Below are positions 1 through 12,850 of a stretch of 64,000 bases of DNA, in pieces; position 1 is the stretch's first letter, and every line of letters starts with the position of its first letter. The position numbers and the translations under genes are program-made. The notes beneath the pieces were generated by a model that did no database searches, was not told where the DNA came from, and saw nothing but the letters and a program-made list of their open reading frames with translations. The stretch is taken from NCBI RefSeq assembly GCF_006345805.1, contig NC_043005.1, positions 98,642,001 to 98,706,000 of the forward strand, written 5' to 3'. The DNA is from Octopus sinensis. Its lineage: Eukaryota.

Positions 1-1168
1 ACAGCTTGAATTCTATGAGGTATGGACTTGTACAAAGTTTGAATTGTTTCCAATGGAATTTTTGTCCATTCTTCAGCTAAAACAGTCTCCAGTTTTTGTA
101 GTGATGATGGTGGAGGAGATCAACTCCTTACTTGTTTTTCTAAAATGCACCATAAATGTTCAATAATATTGAGATCTGGGAACTGTGGTGGCCAGATAAG
201 ATGTTCAACTTCACTAGAATGTCCCTTGTGCCATTCAGTAAGAACTTTAGCTGTGTCAATTAGTGCATTTTCATCCTGAAAAATTGCATTTCCCTCCAGA
301 ATCAGTTCCGCAACAATAAGATGAATTTGATTTTATAAAATGCATAAATAGTTTTGACTATTAATCCTGCCATGAAGGGAAACCATTGGGCTGGCGAATT
401 TCCAAGATATGGCCCCCCAGATCATCACAGATCCTCCTCCATGTTTAACAGTTGGAAGAAGGCAGTCTGGGTCAAATGCTTCTTTTGGCCATCTCCACAC
501 GTATACCCGGCTGGTGGTTGGAAATAGGGTGAAGAATGACTCGTCTGAGAAATTACCATTCTTCCACTGCTCTAGGGACCATTTCTATAGGTTTTTACTC
601 CACTCTAAATGCTTTGCAACATTTGTTTTTGAAAGTAGTGGTTTTCTGATTGCAGCCCTCCCCTGAAATCTGGCTTTGTACAGATTCTGGCAAACAATTT
701 TTGTGGAAACTGGGTTCTTGAGGTGGCCATTGAGCTCTGCAGTAATTTTGAGAGCTGTACTTTTGTGATCCTTTCTAACAATTCACATAACAGTCCAATG
801 GTCTCTGTCTGAAAATTTTGGTTTTCTTCCGGAGTTTTGTTTCCAGGAGGAGGTTTTTTCCCTCTTTCTCAAAGGCTCTCACTACTTTCAAGACAGTACT
901 TCTTGATACACCAAACATTTTAGCTGTTTTCGTTATGCCATACAAGCACCAACAATTTGACTTCTTTGAAAGTCCGATAGATCTGTCATTGTAATGAATT
1001 TTAATTACCTTTTTCTGATGATATCTGAAAAGAAACAGCAATTTTAGCAAAACATATTAAGCAACACTAATAATATATCAAAAAACAAAAATAAACAAGC
1101 TTTTGATGGTTTTATAGATATTTCAAAACTATGATGCTATGTGTTTCCATTATTTTGTCCAACCACTG
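1..1168 (-). mobile_element. Tc1-family DNA transposon, degenerate, truncated by the window start
   Basis: Minus-strand translation gives an HTH (TAKMFGVSRSTVLKVV), FSDES, VKHGGGSVMIWG, FQDENA and WPPQFPDLNIIEHLW, with stops and frameshifts. The terminus reads CAGTGGTTGGACAAAATAATGGAAACAC on the minus strand, ends at 1168 and is followed by TA (1169-1170). Confidence 0.9.
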
Positions 1169-1170
1169 TA

Positions 1171-4100
1171 CTTTTTTCCTGCCGCACTTTGTTATATATC
1201 CAATACAAGGATATAAAAGTGGCGATGAGATGTTTGAAGCTTGCATTGGATGTTTAAAATTTTGTTTTGGAAACCAAAGAAAAATATCATTTGACATGGA
1301 GAACTTATTGGTCTCTGTGGTGCAGTTGCAACAGCAGCAGTAGCAACTACAACAAAAACCACAAAACCAACAGTTGCTGGAATTAATGTTGAGGAAGTCT
1401 GAAAATACCTCAGGTTTGTACTCGCTAGACAGCATAGCAAACTCAATTGGCGAATTCAAATATAACCCAGAAGAAGGCATTACCTTCTCTGCATATTTTC
1501 GAAGATATGAAGAAATCTTCAAAAAAGCGTGTAAAAGTTGGTCCAGCATGAAAAAATTACAACTACTTTTAAGAAAGTTATCCCCTATCGAACATGAAAA
1601 ATATAGTAATTATATTCTGCCAAAGAAACCAGGTGAGATTTGTTTTGATGAAACAATATTTTATTGAAAATGTTCAGGGAAAAATGCTCCCTTTTCAATA
1701 CTCACTGGCAATGTTTAAATTTGGTCTAAAGAGATGATTTTGTCACCTATGCCAGAGTGGTTAACAGATAGTGAGAGAAACTCAAATTGAATGCATTGAC
1801 CCCCAATATGTTCCAGTGTTTAATTTTTGTTCATGGGCTTACTGCAAACAGAGATGCAGATATATGTTCTCAGATATTAACAAAATTAGAACAGGACCAA
1901 AATTTAACTCTCCAGGCAGTAGCAGAAGAATGTCAGGGGATTATAAATCTGACATGAATCAAATAAAATTGAAGATAAAGATTGCTTTCATGTTCAAGCA
2001 TGTCAACTGGCATCAGATAAGAAAAAATGTCAAGACTGAATCCATGTTATGGGTGTGGTGGTCTACGTTTTAAAAATAACAGTTTGCTTAAAAATGTAAA
2101 AGCTTCAAGTGTAGTAAAATGGGCCATAAAAGTCACATTGTAGGACAGAACCTAAAAAAAAACCATTCAACAGAAAAAATCGTGTAAATGGATTATTGGT
2201 GACAAAAAATACGAAATAGGAAATTTGTGTATGTAAAAATTTATAACACAATTGGATACAGGCAGTGATATCTTCATAATTAACACAGATACATGGAAAA
2301 AATCAGGAGACCTAGATTAAAAAGAAATTTTGAGGGCATATTCATATGTAACATTAAATTTCATGAAAAAATCTTAAAAGCCAAAGTTTTTGTGTTAAAT
2401 AATACAACACACTTGTTCAGCACTAACTGGATGGAATTATTTAACTTATGGGACCTCCCCATAAATCTTTTCTGTAAAAATGTGAATGGGTTTTTCCTCC
2501 AGTACAAATAAGTCATCAGATTAATTGAAAAAATAATTAAAAAATTTTTTTCCTGAAGTTCTGTCTGATATATTAGGTCTGTGTACCAAAATGAAAGCAC
2601 GGTTTCAAATAAAGGAAAACACCATACCAACATTTAAACAAAAACAAACTGTACCATTTGTAGAATTAGATCAGATAAACTTAGAGAGACTAGAAAAAAT
2701 TGGAGTTATCCAAAAAGTGGAATATAGTCATTGGACATCACCATCTGTGTACGTTAAGAATAAGAATAATAAAATCAGAGTGTGTGCTGATTTTTCCACT
2801 GGTTTAAATGGATGTCTTAAAATGTGCCACTATCTGCTACCTATGTACTTGGGAGAATATTTTTGCAAAATCAAATGGTGGCAAGATATTTTCTAAATTG
2901 GATCTCTCTAACACGTACCTACAAATTACAATAGAATGCTCTAAATGCCTAATAATTAACACACATAAAGGACTGTATAAATACCACAGGTTACCATTTG
3001 GCTCAAAAGTCGCAGCAGCAATGTTTCAGCAGATCATGGATGCAATGTTTGCAGATAGTGAATTCACAATTTCATATCTGGATAGTATACGCATTAAAAG
3101 TGAATCCAGAGATCAACACATAGAGCACGTAAAATATGTGTTCCAAAAAATTAAGGATTACAGCTTTACTTTGAATGAAGAAAAGTGTGAATTTTTCTAA
3201 CCAAAAATAACATATTTTGGAGAAATCATTGACAGAAATGGATGTCAACCAGACCCTTGAAGGCAGATGCAATTAAAAATAAGCCCCCTCCAACAAATAT
3301 AGTGACTTTATGAGCATTTTGAGGATTGGCAAATTATTACCAAAATTATATTCCAAATATGCATAATAAGTATTTTGTTGACACTTTCAAGAGGGTGTTG
3401 AAAAAGGCGAACAATGAAGTTATGGATGATTTTGCATTCCAACAATTTCTAAGAGTGTACTGAGTAACATCTAATCTAAATACACATTGGGAATGTCACC
3501 TGCAGAAGTGATGTTTGCTAGAAAGGTCAGATCTGTCTTTGATAAGCTGATACCTAGTGAAAATAAAAAAAGAAGGGTGAACAACAAAAATACTTCAAAA
3601 CTCTTCAAGTTAGGTGACAAATTTTTTTAAAAAACCTATAGATGTGGTAAAGAAAGCTGGGAGAATGGTGTAATTATTAAATAAATTGGAAGAAAGATAT
3701 TCCTGGTAAAAGGAAAAAATGTCGAACACAAGACATATTAACCAACTTAAAAAAAAGATTCACGGAAAAAATAATTACGAGAAATGAAATCCCCATGGAA
3801 GTATTTTACGACATGTTTGAGGTATCAACACCCAAACAATTTGAACTACACATTTCTAGCACCAGAAAACAGAAAAAAATGGAAACATTTGAATTGAACC
3901 ATAGGCATAAGAGATATTAAAACTCGGAGCAGAGTTCAATTCTCAAAAGGAGAGAAGATTGGGAAGACTGATTCTAAAAAGGGGAGATGTTGTGGAAGGA
4001 CTCTGACTAGCCACCAAGTGACTAAAAGGTGGGCTAACTCATTATTATAAAATAAAGAACTGTGAGGGATTGGCAGTTTTTGGGTTGGTAAGCAGTTCAC

Positions 4101-4211
4101 TGTAAACCATTGATAGAGAGCATTATGTCTTGTGTAATATTAATAGTATTGTGTTATGTATATACTTTCTTTCCCCTTGCTTCGTTATATATCCAATACA
4201 AGGATATAAAA
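1171..4211 (+). mobile_element. Ty3/Gypsy LTR retrotransposon, degenerate and internally deleted
   Basis: Gag-like ORF 1374-1667 (GEFKYNPEEGITFSAYFRRYEE...LLLRKL), protease-like LDTGSDI, and RT motifs (WTSPSVYV, IRVCADFSTGLN, FSKLDLS, YHRLPFG, YLDSI). A polypurine tract AAAAAGGGGAGA precedes a TG...CA LTR at 3988-4200. The LTR 3' end (GTTATATATCCAATACAAGGATATAAAA) also occurs at about 1191-1218, followed by a PBS-like TGGCG. Confidence 0.88.
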
Positions 4212-4284
4212 TTTATAATTTTTTTTCTTTCCTATGCTATTTGCAACTGTTTCTTCTCAATAAATAACTTTTCTTGTTTTGCAG

Positions 4285-4392
4285 CCATCCGTTCAAATAG
4301 TCAATTTTAAACTTTCCACATCCAAACACAAAGAAGTTGGAGATTGTTGTTTAGCAAAATGGAAAGATGATGCATCACTTATCGCCGTCACG
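4285..4392 (+). CDS. RIC1: RIC1 coding exon (approx. exon 2), PSVQIVNFKLSTSKHKEVGDCCLAKWKDDASLIAVT
   Basis: ttttgcag acceptor and GTGAGT donor, 108 nt, phase 0-0. Aligns by eye to human RIC1 PSVLIVTYKE...AEWRPDSTMIAVS (recalled sequence). Confidence 0.9.
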
Positions 4393-4872
4393 GTGAGTTA
4401 TATTTCACTTGTTGTTGTTCATGTTTCATTTGGTAGTGTTAGTTGTAGCTATTTCATTTCTGTTTGGTTTACTGTTTTAAATTTTAGATTTTGTAATGCC
4501 CATCCACAATGTGGATTCACCTGCTCTTTAAAATCAGATTTAGCTTCTAGATTAACTAGTGAAGAGCCTGGTATCAAAAAGCTCTTCACTGATACTGAGA
4601 GATTTGACCACTGTATTAACGTATTGCATATTTGAAACAAATGTTTTCCCTGCTTGTTATGTCAAAGCACTTGATACTAAAGATCCTTCGCTTTTTTTAG
4701 CTTGTAATTTATCAGTTGTCTTTAATACAGTAGTATTTTTTCTGTTTTCAAATACCAATATGCTATCACATAGTTACATATTACCCTTGTGTACCAAATA
4801 ATTTCATTTGTACTAGTGCTTTTCAGGTTACCTATTTAATACTCAAGGTGTTTTGTATAGCTTGTTGATCAA

Positions 4873-4912
<40 letters not shown>

Positions 4913-5499
4913 AACTAGTGCTTAATGTAGGGTGTGGTGTCAATTATATGATTGAGTAACTTCAATCAAAAGTTTGTTCTTTAAATGTTTGACAGTGATC
5001 CATTCAGCTCATTAAATATCATTTTACTCTCTGTCACATATGGTCAAGTGTAGTTTTGCTGTCAAGGTTAGTTATGCCAAGGATTGGTTATAGATCAGAG
5101 ACCTTTGTGCTATTGGGAAAGATAATGGTTTTTTCTGTTCCATTGTACCAGTAAATTTCCTTCTCAATTATTTTTCATTGTTTACTTCTAAACTACTTTC
5201 TAAAGCTGTTCTATTTTTACAATAATTACTATTTAATCCTATTACATTTGTTTTCTCAGTTTCCTTTCTTGTGATTATCATAACATTATATTTAAAAAGC
5301 AACCCTTAATATTGTATATTCCTATATTTGTCTCTCATCATAAATCTCTTAATTTTACTTCCCAATATTCATATGTCATTTACTTCTAGGCACATAAACT
5401 TCCATGGCAATAACAAGATTTAGCTACACATACTTTTAATCAACTCTTATAACTTGCATTGCTGTTTTGTATTACTTTTCCCTCTTCTGTTCTTTTCAG

Positions 5500-5588
5500 A
5501 CAAGCAAGAACTATGTACTCTTTTTCAAGGTTGATCTTGATAGATCCATTCCAAATCATCATTGTCTTTATGTCCAACATGAAAAAAA
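5500..5588 (+). CDS. RIC1: RIC1 coding exon (approx. exon 3), TSKNYVLFFKVDLDRSIPNHHCLYVQHEK
   Basis: Pyrimidine tract plus cag acceptor and GTAAGA donor, 89 nt, phase 0-2. Resembles human TANGYILFFHI...YLYEPVYPK. Confidence 0.85.
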
Positions 5589-6294
5589 GTAAGAACATCA
5601 TTCATATTTCTTAATAATGTTTTTCTCTATTGCTGCTTACCCTGTAATTAAATTTTGAAACTTTATTAAGCTAAATAGCAGTGTGTGTGTGTGTGGGACA
5701 AAACAGAAAATAAAACTGGATAGTTTCTAAGACCATGGTAACATTAAATGATTGACTTTTTTGACACCTCAAATGTTCAAAATGTGTAGGTTCAGGATTG
5801 ACAAGCAACTCAAGAAACAATTTAATGTGTTTTGGGAGTCTAAGTCAAAGATGTGTTCTCAACTCCTTCCTTCATCTTTGTCCTGGAAATTATAGTAAAG
5901 TCTTTCAGGATTGAATAGTATGTCAATATTAGTATGTTCACTATCTGGTCCTTATCAAAAAATTCCTTTGTAGTTCAGTAATTCACAGAATCAATTAACG
6001 ATTAGCTGTCAGCTCCATAGTTTCCACATGATCCCAGAGACAACATCTCTTGAATGTTGACTCATGAATTTGTCTTTCATGAAAACAAACAACCGGAAGA
6101 ATTTGCTTCAAATCACCAGACAGAGTACTGTTAGATCAAAAAATGGCTTGTTACAGCCTTACATCTTGCAAGTCCTTAAAGGGCATTCAAAGACATGCTT
6201 ATGTTCCATTCTTATTTCACCAGGTCAGTTTGCTGTATTAGTTTCAAGTTTTAAGCCAATATATTTGAGTCTTTCTTGGACCTTCAGAAGAACA

Positions 6295-6515
6295 ATCATC
6301 ATCATCGTTTAACGTCTGCTTTCCGTGCTCGCATGGGTTGAACAGTTTGACTGAGGACTGGCGAGTCAGATGGCTGCACTAGGCTCTAATCTGATCTGGA
6401 AGAATTTCTACAGTGGATGCCCTTCCTAATGCCAACCACTCCAAGAGTGCAGTGGGTGCTTTTACGTGCCACCAGCATGAGGGCCAGTCAGGTGGTACTG
6501 GCAATGGCCACGCTC
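6295..6515 (-). mobile_element. RTE-tail short interspersed repeat (family B)
   Basis: Begins (CAT)n-CGTTTAACGTC...GCATGGGTTG and matches the 3' end of the RTE LINE at about 46850-47025. Confidence 0.75.
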
Positions 6516-6825
6516 ATGCATAGTTATTTTATTATACCATATTTTCTGCAAGATACTTTCATTTTTCGCAAAAAGTAAAAGAGTCATTTAGCATGCAGTA
6601 AAATAAAAAAGTACAGATGTCTCACTGAGGACCAAATCAAATTGATAAAGCCTTTTCCATAATTTGGTCTGTTGAATGACAATGAAGACTGAATTCCAGC
6701 ATGCTTCTTAGGATGTTGGACATTCAATTCCATCAGTGTTTTGAATTCTTAGGATGTTGAGCCAGTGTTGTGTTGTTGGATCATTCTGAAGTAATAAGCT
6801 CAAAATGATGTAGTCTTTATGTATA

Positions 6826-8435
6826 CAGTGGGGGGAAATAAATATTCGTACACGTCAAAATTCTTTCTTTATTTAATTTCTAATGAACATAAATTGGATA
6901 TACCAATACTATACTTGCATACAGATGCATAAACTAAGAATATGCAAAAGAAACTAATAAATTATAATAACTAAGGAATTTATATACAATCATAAATATT
7001 TAGGAGTGAAAAAAGTATTCATACAGAATAAATTTATGATTTTCTAAGCCACAAAATACTGTTAAAATAATTTTTTTTTAATAGAACTTTCTTGTTTGTT
7101 CCAATAATCTTATCAGTTGTCATTTTTAAGTGTTAAAATGCTAGCTTCTTCATTCAGCACTGAGACAACATAAAGTAGTATCATAATAATGGGGAAAAGT
7201 AAAGAACTCACAAATACAGTGAAAAACTTAATTATTGAACAGTGGAAAGCAGGTAAAAGTTGCAGGAAAATATCAGAGATCCTTTGTATTCCATTTTCTA
7301 CCATATCTTCATTTATTCAAAGATATAAAAAATCAGGAACTGTTGAAAACAGAATAAGATCCAGTGCACCACGCAAGATTTCCCCTAGATCTTTAAGAAA
7401 AATGAAGTGAAGAATCGAAAAAAAAACACAATGATCACTAGAAAGGAGTTGCAAGAAGATTTGTTAGCTTTAGGGACTAGTGTTACACTATGAACAATCA
7501 GCAATGAACTTCATAGAAATGAACTGAAGTCACTCTCTCCTAGAAAAACTCCGCTGTTGACTAAAAGGCACAGAGATGCCCGTTTAAAATTTGTTTATGA
7601 ACATAAAGATAAACCTGATACATGTTTATTGCTTTATGTACAGACGAGTCGAAAATTGAATTGTTTGGAAGAAATTCACGTAGCCATGTTTAGAGAAAAG
7701 ATGGTACTGCCTATTTGCCGAAAAACACAATTCCTACCATAAAGTTTGGAGGTGGCAACATCATGGTGTGGGGGTGTTTCTCTGCAAATGGTACTGGCAA
7801 TTTACATGTGATAGTTGGTAGAATGAATGCAGAGATGTACCAAAATATTTTGAACAATAATTTATGGGACTCTGTAAAAAAGCTCCAGCTTTGTGAAGGG
7901 TGGGTTTTACAACAGGATAACGACCCTTAGCACATGGCGAAGTCTACCAAAAAATGGAGTGTCAATCACAATATAAAATTATTAGAATGGCCAAGCGAGT
8001 CACCTGACTTGAACCCCATTGAAAATTTGTGGCGTTATTTGAAAATTAAAATTCATTCAAGAGCCCCAACGTGCATTCCTGATTTGAAGAAAATTTGTCA
8101 AGAAGACTGGGAAAAAATTCCTAAAGAAACATGCAAGTTATTGATTAAGAACTACAAGAAGAGATTGGTTGAAGTGGAACTGAATAATGGTTATGCTACG
8201 AAGTATTAAATCAGAATTATCAGTTATTTATGGTCTGTACGAATACTTTTTTCACCCCTATATATTTATAATTGTATATAAATTCCTTAGTAACTATAAT
8301 TTATCAGTTTCTTTTGCATATTCTTAGTTTATGCATGTGTATGCAAATATAGTATTGGTATATCCCATTTATGTTCATTAGAAATTAGATATATAAAGAA
8401 TTTTGACATGTACGAGTATTTATTTCCCCTCACTG
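6826..8435 (+). mobile_element. Near full-length Tc1 (DD34E) transposon with about 200-bp IR/DR terminal inverted repeats; transposase inactivated
   Basis: TA-flanked. TIRs at 6826-7027 and 8234-8435 begin CAGTGGGGGGAAATAAATATTCGTAC. Transposase spans 7189-8209: MGKSKEL..., [32 protein letters not shown]...SPDLNPIENLW (D-34-E spacing). It is split by stops and frameshifts. Confidence 0.95.
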
Positions 8436-10490
8436 TATATGTTATATACATATATATACCTTTGATGTTCTTTATGTATATATGTTATAATAACTGATTT
8501 AAATTTTGGCTCAAGGCTGGTAATTTTAGTGGGAAGGGTCTATTGATTTAATTGACCATAGCACTTAAATGGAACTTATTTTATTGATCCTGAAACGGTG
8601 GAAGGTGAAGTTAGTTGACCATAGCAGTATTTGAGCCCAGATCATAAAAAGCTGATAGAAATGCTACTAAACAGTTTATGTGATGCACTCATGATTCTGT
8701 CATATCACCTTCTTTGTATGTTATGATATATATGATGCAAGTCTTACAAAATGGTAGACCTGTCGGAAAATTTGCATGTAAGTCTTCTTGCTGGTCTTGC
8801 AAGGTGTTAGCATTAAAGTTTGCATGGTACAAACGATTCAAAAGCTCATGTTCTATATCATAGAAATAATTGAACAAACACTGGTGAACTGTCTCTTATA
8901 AGTAGTGATCTGATCATGTGACAGATATTCCCCAGGGCATTGAATGTGGGACTAATTCCTGGAGTTCTGATTACTTTGCAACACTTTGTTGTAGAAATAT
9001 TCATAAACCTCTTTCCTATTTAAATATTATCAAAAATATTTAACTATTTTTGGCAGTGAAGTAAGATTAACCTTTCTCTCAAGGCAGCCCAGAGATTTTG
9101 GTTCAGTAAGCCATTGATATGCTTTGCAATAAGGTCCGACAGAAGCAAAGAGGCTCCCTGCTTTATGTTGGCATAGCACAGAGTACATTCTTTGAATGTT
9201 CTTTAATAGTTTTATTCTTTTTCCTTGAATGGTTGCTCTGTTCTTTTTCTTTATTTCACTTTTTTAGTGGTATGTCTCATAAGATTTTGACCTGGCTGTG
9301 TAAACCTTGATGTTTGGCTTGGTTCTAACTTAGTTGTAAATGTCCTAAGTTTTCAAATTTTACTTTTCTTTTCTCTAAGGTCTTAATTGTAAGATGAATT
9401 TACTTTACTTGAGAGAATTGTCTGTGTACTGTCTCTTTGCTCTGGAGTTTTAGCTGCAAGATTCTCCTCCTTTGCTTGAGAGAGCCTGGTCACTCTGACC
9501 TGTACAGTAGAAACAGATTAATTTTATCTTTGTTTCCTATGCAGACATTTGGTTCAGTTAAAAAAAACAACAATTAAACCTATTTTTCTTTGAATCAGTT
9601 ACCCTTCTCTCCTTTTGTTTATCGTGTGCTTTTATTCCTGTTAAAATTAAGTTGGATACTTTTTTTTCTAAGTATTCCATGTTTAGAAGTAGGGATACAT
9701 TTTCTAATAGTCTTAGTACTGAACGCCAGAGAGTACAATATTTAAGTTCTGAACACTTGGTCCAAAATTGCTGCATAAGTATGGTGTCTGTAGTTTTCTA
9801 ATAAATTTCAGTTACCTTTTGCTATGAATACAAAATAAGAGTAAGATATTTTGAGTAACAAACATCACCATGTGATATTTGTTACAGGCATTTAATCAAT
9901 TATTTGTATGGACATGAATCTTAAAATCTATGGCGGCAAAATGAGGAGGAGTATCAAAAATGACTCAATAATCAAATGATCTTCTTTTCCTCTGCATGTA
10001 TTATAATATTTTGTTAGTTAAAGTAGGCTGCAAAAAAATTTTAATTAAAAAATTTCTTTTTCATGTTTTGATTTTCTAGCCTCAAATTAACTGAGTAATA
10101 AAATATCAGAAAACACTTTTTTTTGCAAATATGTTATTCATGTTTATTGCTTTATTAATTGCAGCTATATTTACCCCCAAATCAATGCTTTTCTTACTAA
10201 ATGAGTTATCATTATATCTAGATATTATCACTAAATGCTATGTACTGCATCTTTGATTTTTCTGAGTTTCCACTGTATTTGTCGTATTTGTTTGTCTATA
10301 ATGAACATTTCGTACATGATTTCTTTTTTCATACCTTCTGTGCTCGGCTATTCTTAATGTTAATATTTCCTCTCTCATTAATTTTTTTAATGTTCTATGT
10401 AACTGAGAGAATTTCCTTCTGTAAGACCTTCTGAAAATGTATGGATATCATAGATACAGTTTTCAGTTTTACTTTGTGCTTTAAAAATTA

Positions 10491-10874
10491 CTAGCAGTAT
10501 CGCCCGGCGTTGCTCGGGTTTGTTTCGACCCTTAAGAATTGGAATTTTTGAAAAGTAAAAATTTTGCATTATGTAGCTTGTTAAGTGAATATTTTTCTGG
10601 TTGAAATACACTGAAAAATGGCGACACAGCAGTCAAAAAATTGTAAAAAATAGGGATTTTCATAGAAAAAAAAGCACCTTTTTGATGTAAATAAATTTTA
10701 GCCTTAACATGGTCCGATTTGAATTTTATCTACTACGAAATGAAGAGCAAGCCTTCTTCTATCATACTCTCAATTTTGGTCAACTTGTGCTGCAGGGTCT
10801 CGGAGGAGATAGTGTTAGTTGAAGGCTACCAAACCTGCCATACACAGACAACTTCAGCTTTATATATAGAGAGA
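10491..10874 (-). mobile_element. Non-autonomous Helitron
   Basis: On the minus strand it starts TC after an A and ends with a GC-rich subterminal hairpin-like segment (GCAACGCCGGGCGATACTG) plus CTAG followed by T. Its termini match the copy at 42730-43112. Confidence 0.8.
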
Positions 10875-11565
10875 TTTATATATTTTTTTCAATTAGATCC
10901 TTGCATTAAGGCAATCACAAAATTACAAGTGCTTTAATTTCTAGTCTATCCTTAAAACTCGTTACAGGTCTTATATGACAGGCTGGATAATTGTTTCTCA
11001 GGAATATATTGTAGATTGTGGAAATTTTTCTTTAAACACTAATTCCTTCTTGTAGACGTCCCACCAGTTTTTTTTAGTTCAGGCATTTAATCAGTTATCT
11101 GTATGGACATGAATCTTAAAATCTATGGCGGCAAAATGAGGAGGAGTATCAAAAATGACTCAATAATCAAATGATCTTCTTTTCCTCTGCAGGTATTATA
11201 ATAGAATATGTAATATCAAAATTTTGTTAGTTAAAATGCTCAAAAAATCAGAATAGAATGTATTTTTAAAACAAAAATACTCTATTGAAAGGGGAAATGT
11301 CTAGGTTAACATTGGTTGAACACATACTGTGTGAGATAGGATATCATGTATGAAATATTCAATACAGGAATAAAAGCCGTTGCAGAAACTCAGAGCAGTT
11401 TAAAACAGTTCATATAGAAGTTAATGATAAGCCAATCAGTAACAATGATTTCAAGTAAATATGGGTGTGAGTAATGAAAAATTAAAATTGAAATGTATGA
11501 AAACGTACCAATAATGCATCAATGTCTTTCATCATTTTCCTTTGTTGTTTATTTGTTATATGTAG

Positions 11566-11673
11566 ACTTTGTGTACCAAAGCAAGATGTCAATGGACTTC
11601 TGGAGGCTGACAGTGTTCCTGCCATTGAACTTTCTCTACTCTCAACACTACAATGTTCCTCATACATAACATG
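11566..11673 (+). CDS. RIC1: RIC1 coding exon (approx. exon 4), LCVPKQDVNGLLEADSVPAIELSLLSTLQCSSYIT
   Basis: tgtag acceptor and GTAACT donor, 108 nt, phase 2-2, which joins both neighbours in frame. Resembles human [23 protein letters not shown]. Confidence 0.8.
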
Positions 11674-12119
11674 GTAACTACCTTCTCTTATATTCTCTCT
11701 CAAAGTCATCCTTGGCATTGAACTAATAATTATCTTAAGAAAATGTTTTCTGATTAAATGAGGTTTTGTTGAAGAAGGTGTTTATTTAATTGAATCAACA
11801 TCCATTTATTACCAGGACTTGTATTATTGATTTATATTATATATATCGAATATATTGCATATTTATTTATATATTGAGTAATTATATTATTGAAGGCAAA
11901 GTCTACTAGAGATGGATTTGATCTTAAAACATAGGTTGTAATTTAATATTGTAAAACATTTGGTCTGATGCTCTACTGTTTATGCCAACTTACATCTCTA
12001 ATAATAATAAGGATGATGAAGAAGATAATTGAGATATTAAGGATATAGTTAAAAGACCTATTGTAAACTTTGGAAACATAGTCTACCCATTTATCTTTAC
12101 TTCAAACTATTTATTGATA

Positions 12120-12838
12120 GCAATAATAAATCTCTGAGCGAGATGTAAACAGTAAGCGCTCGACAACGTAAAGTATACTAGCCATCTTAATATGGCTAAC
12201 CACTAGGGGTGGGGGGTGTTACTGTAGCTTTTTAGCCCCAGGAGATCATCGTCTCCAGCTGGCTTTAGACACAATCCTGTGCCCTTTAATGATATTCGCA
12301 AAGGGAGGTCATCCCCTCTCGAAAAACCCAAGTGATACGCATGGACTGCAGTTTCGAGATTATTGTCTCTTCATTAAAGGGTACAGGATTGTGTCTAAAG
12401 CCAGCTGGAGACGATGATCTCCTGGGGCTAAAAAGCTACAGTAACACCCCCCCACTCCTAGTGGTTAGCCATATTAAGATGGCTAGTATACTTTACGTTG
12501 TCGAGCGCTTACTGTTTACATCTCGCTCAGAGATTTATTATTGCTTTCAGACCGTTTTTCGAAATCAGTGACAGTGGTTACTGGGAAAAACATTAAATAG
12601 ATATTCGCAAACGAAAACCCGTGATTAGCGTGTGTTGACAAGAGACAATAATCTCGAAACTGCAGTCCATGCGTATCACTTGGGTTTTTCGAGAGGGGAT
12701 GACCTCCCTTTGCGAATATCATTAAAGGGCACAGGATTGTGTCTAAAGCCAGCTGGAGACGATGATCTCCTGGGGCTAAAAAGCTATAGTAACACCCCCC
12801 ACCCCTAGTGGTTGGCCATATTAAGTATACTTTACGTT
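12120..12838. mobile_element. Penelope-like or retrozyme-like fold-back plus tandem repeat
   Basis: 12120-12292 is near-perfectly inverted at 12371-12544, and 12165-12370 is inverted at 12641-12838. 12371 and 12719 start direct repeats (period 348 nt). Contains a hammerhead fold. Confidence 0.75.
12629..12673 (+). ncRNA. Minimal type I hammerhead ribozyme (U3-A8 core variant)
   Basis: Stem I CGTGTG/CATGCG, core TTGACAA, stem II GAGA/TCTC, GAAA, palindromic stem III ACTGCAGT, GUC cleavage triplet ending at 12667. Confidence 0.75.
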
Positions 12839-12850
12839 ATTTATTGATAT

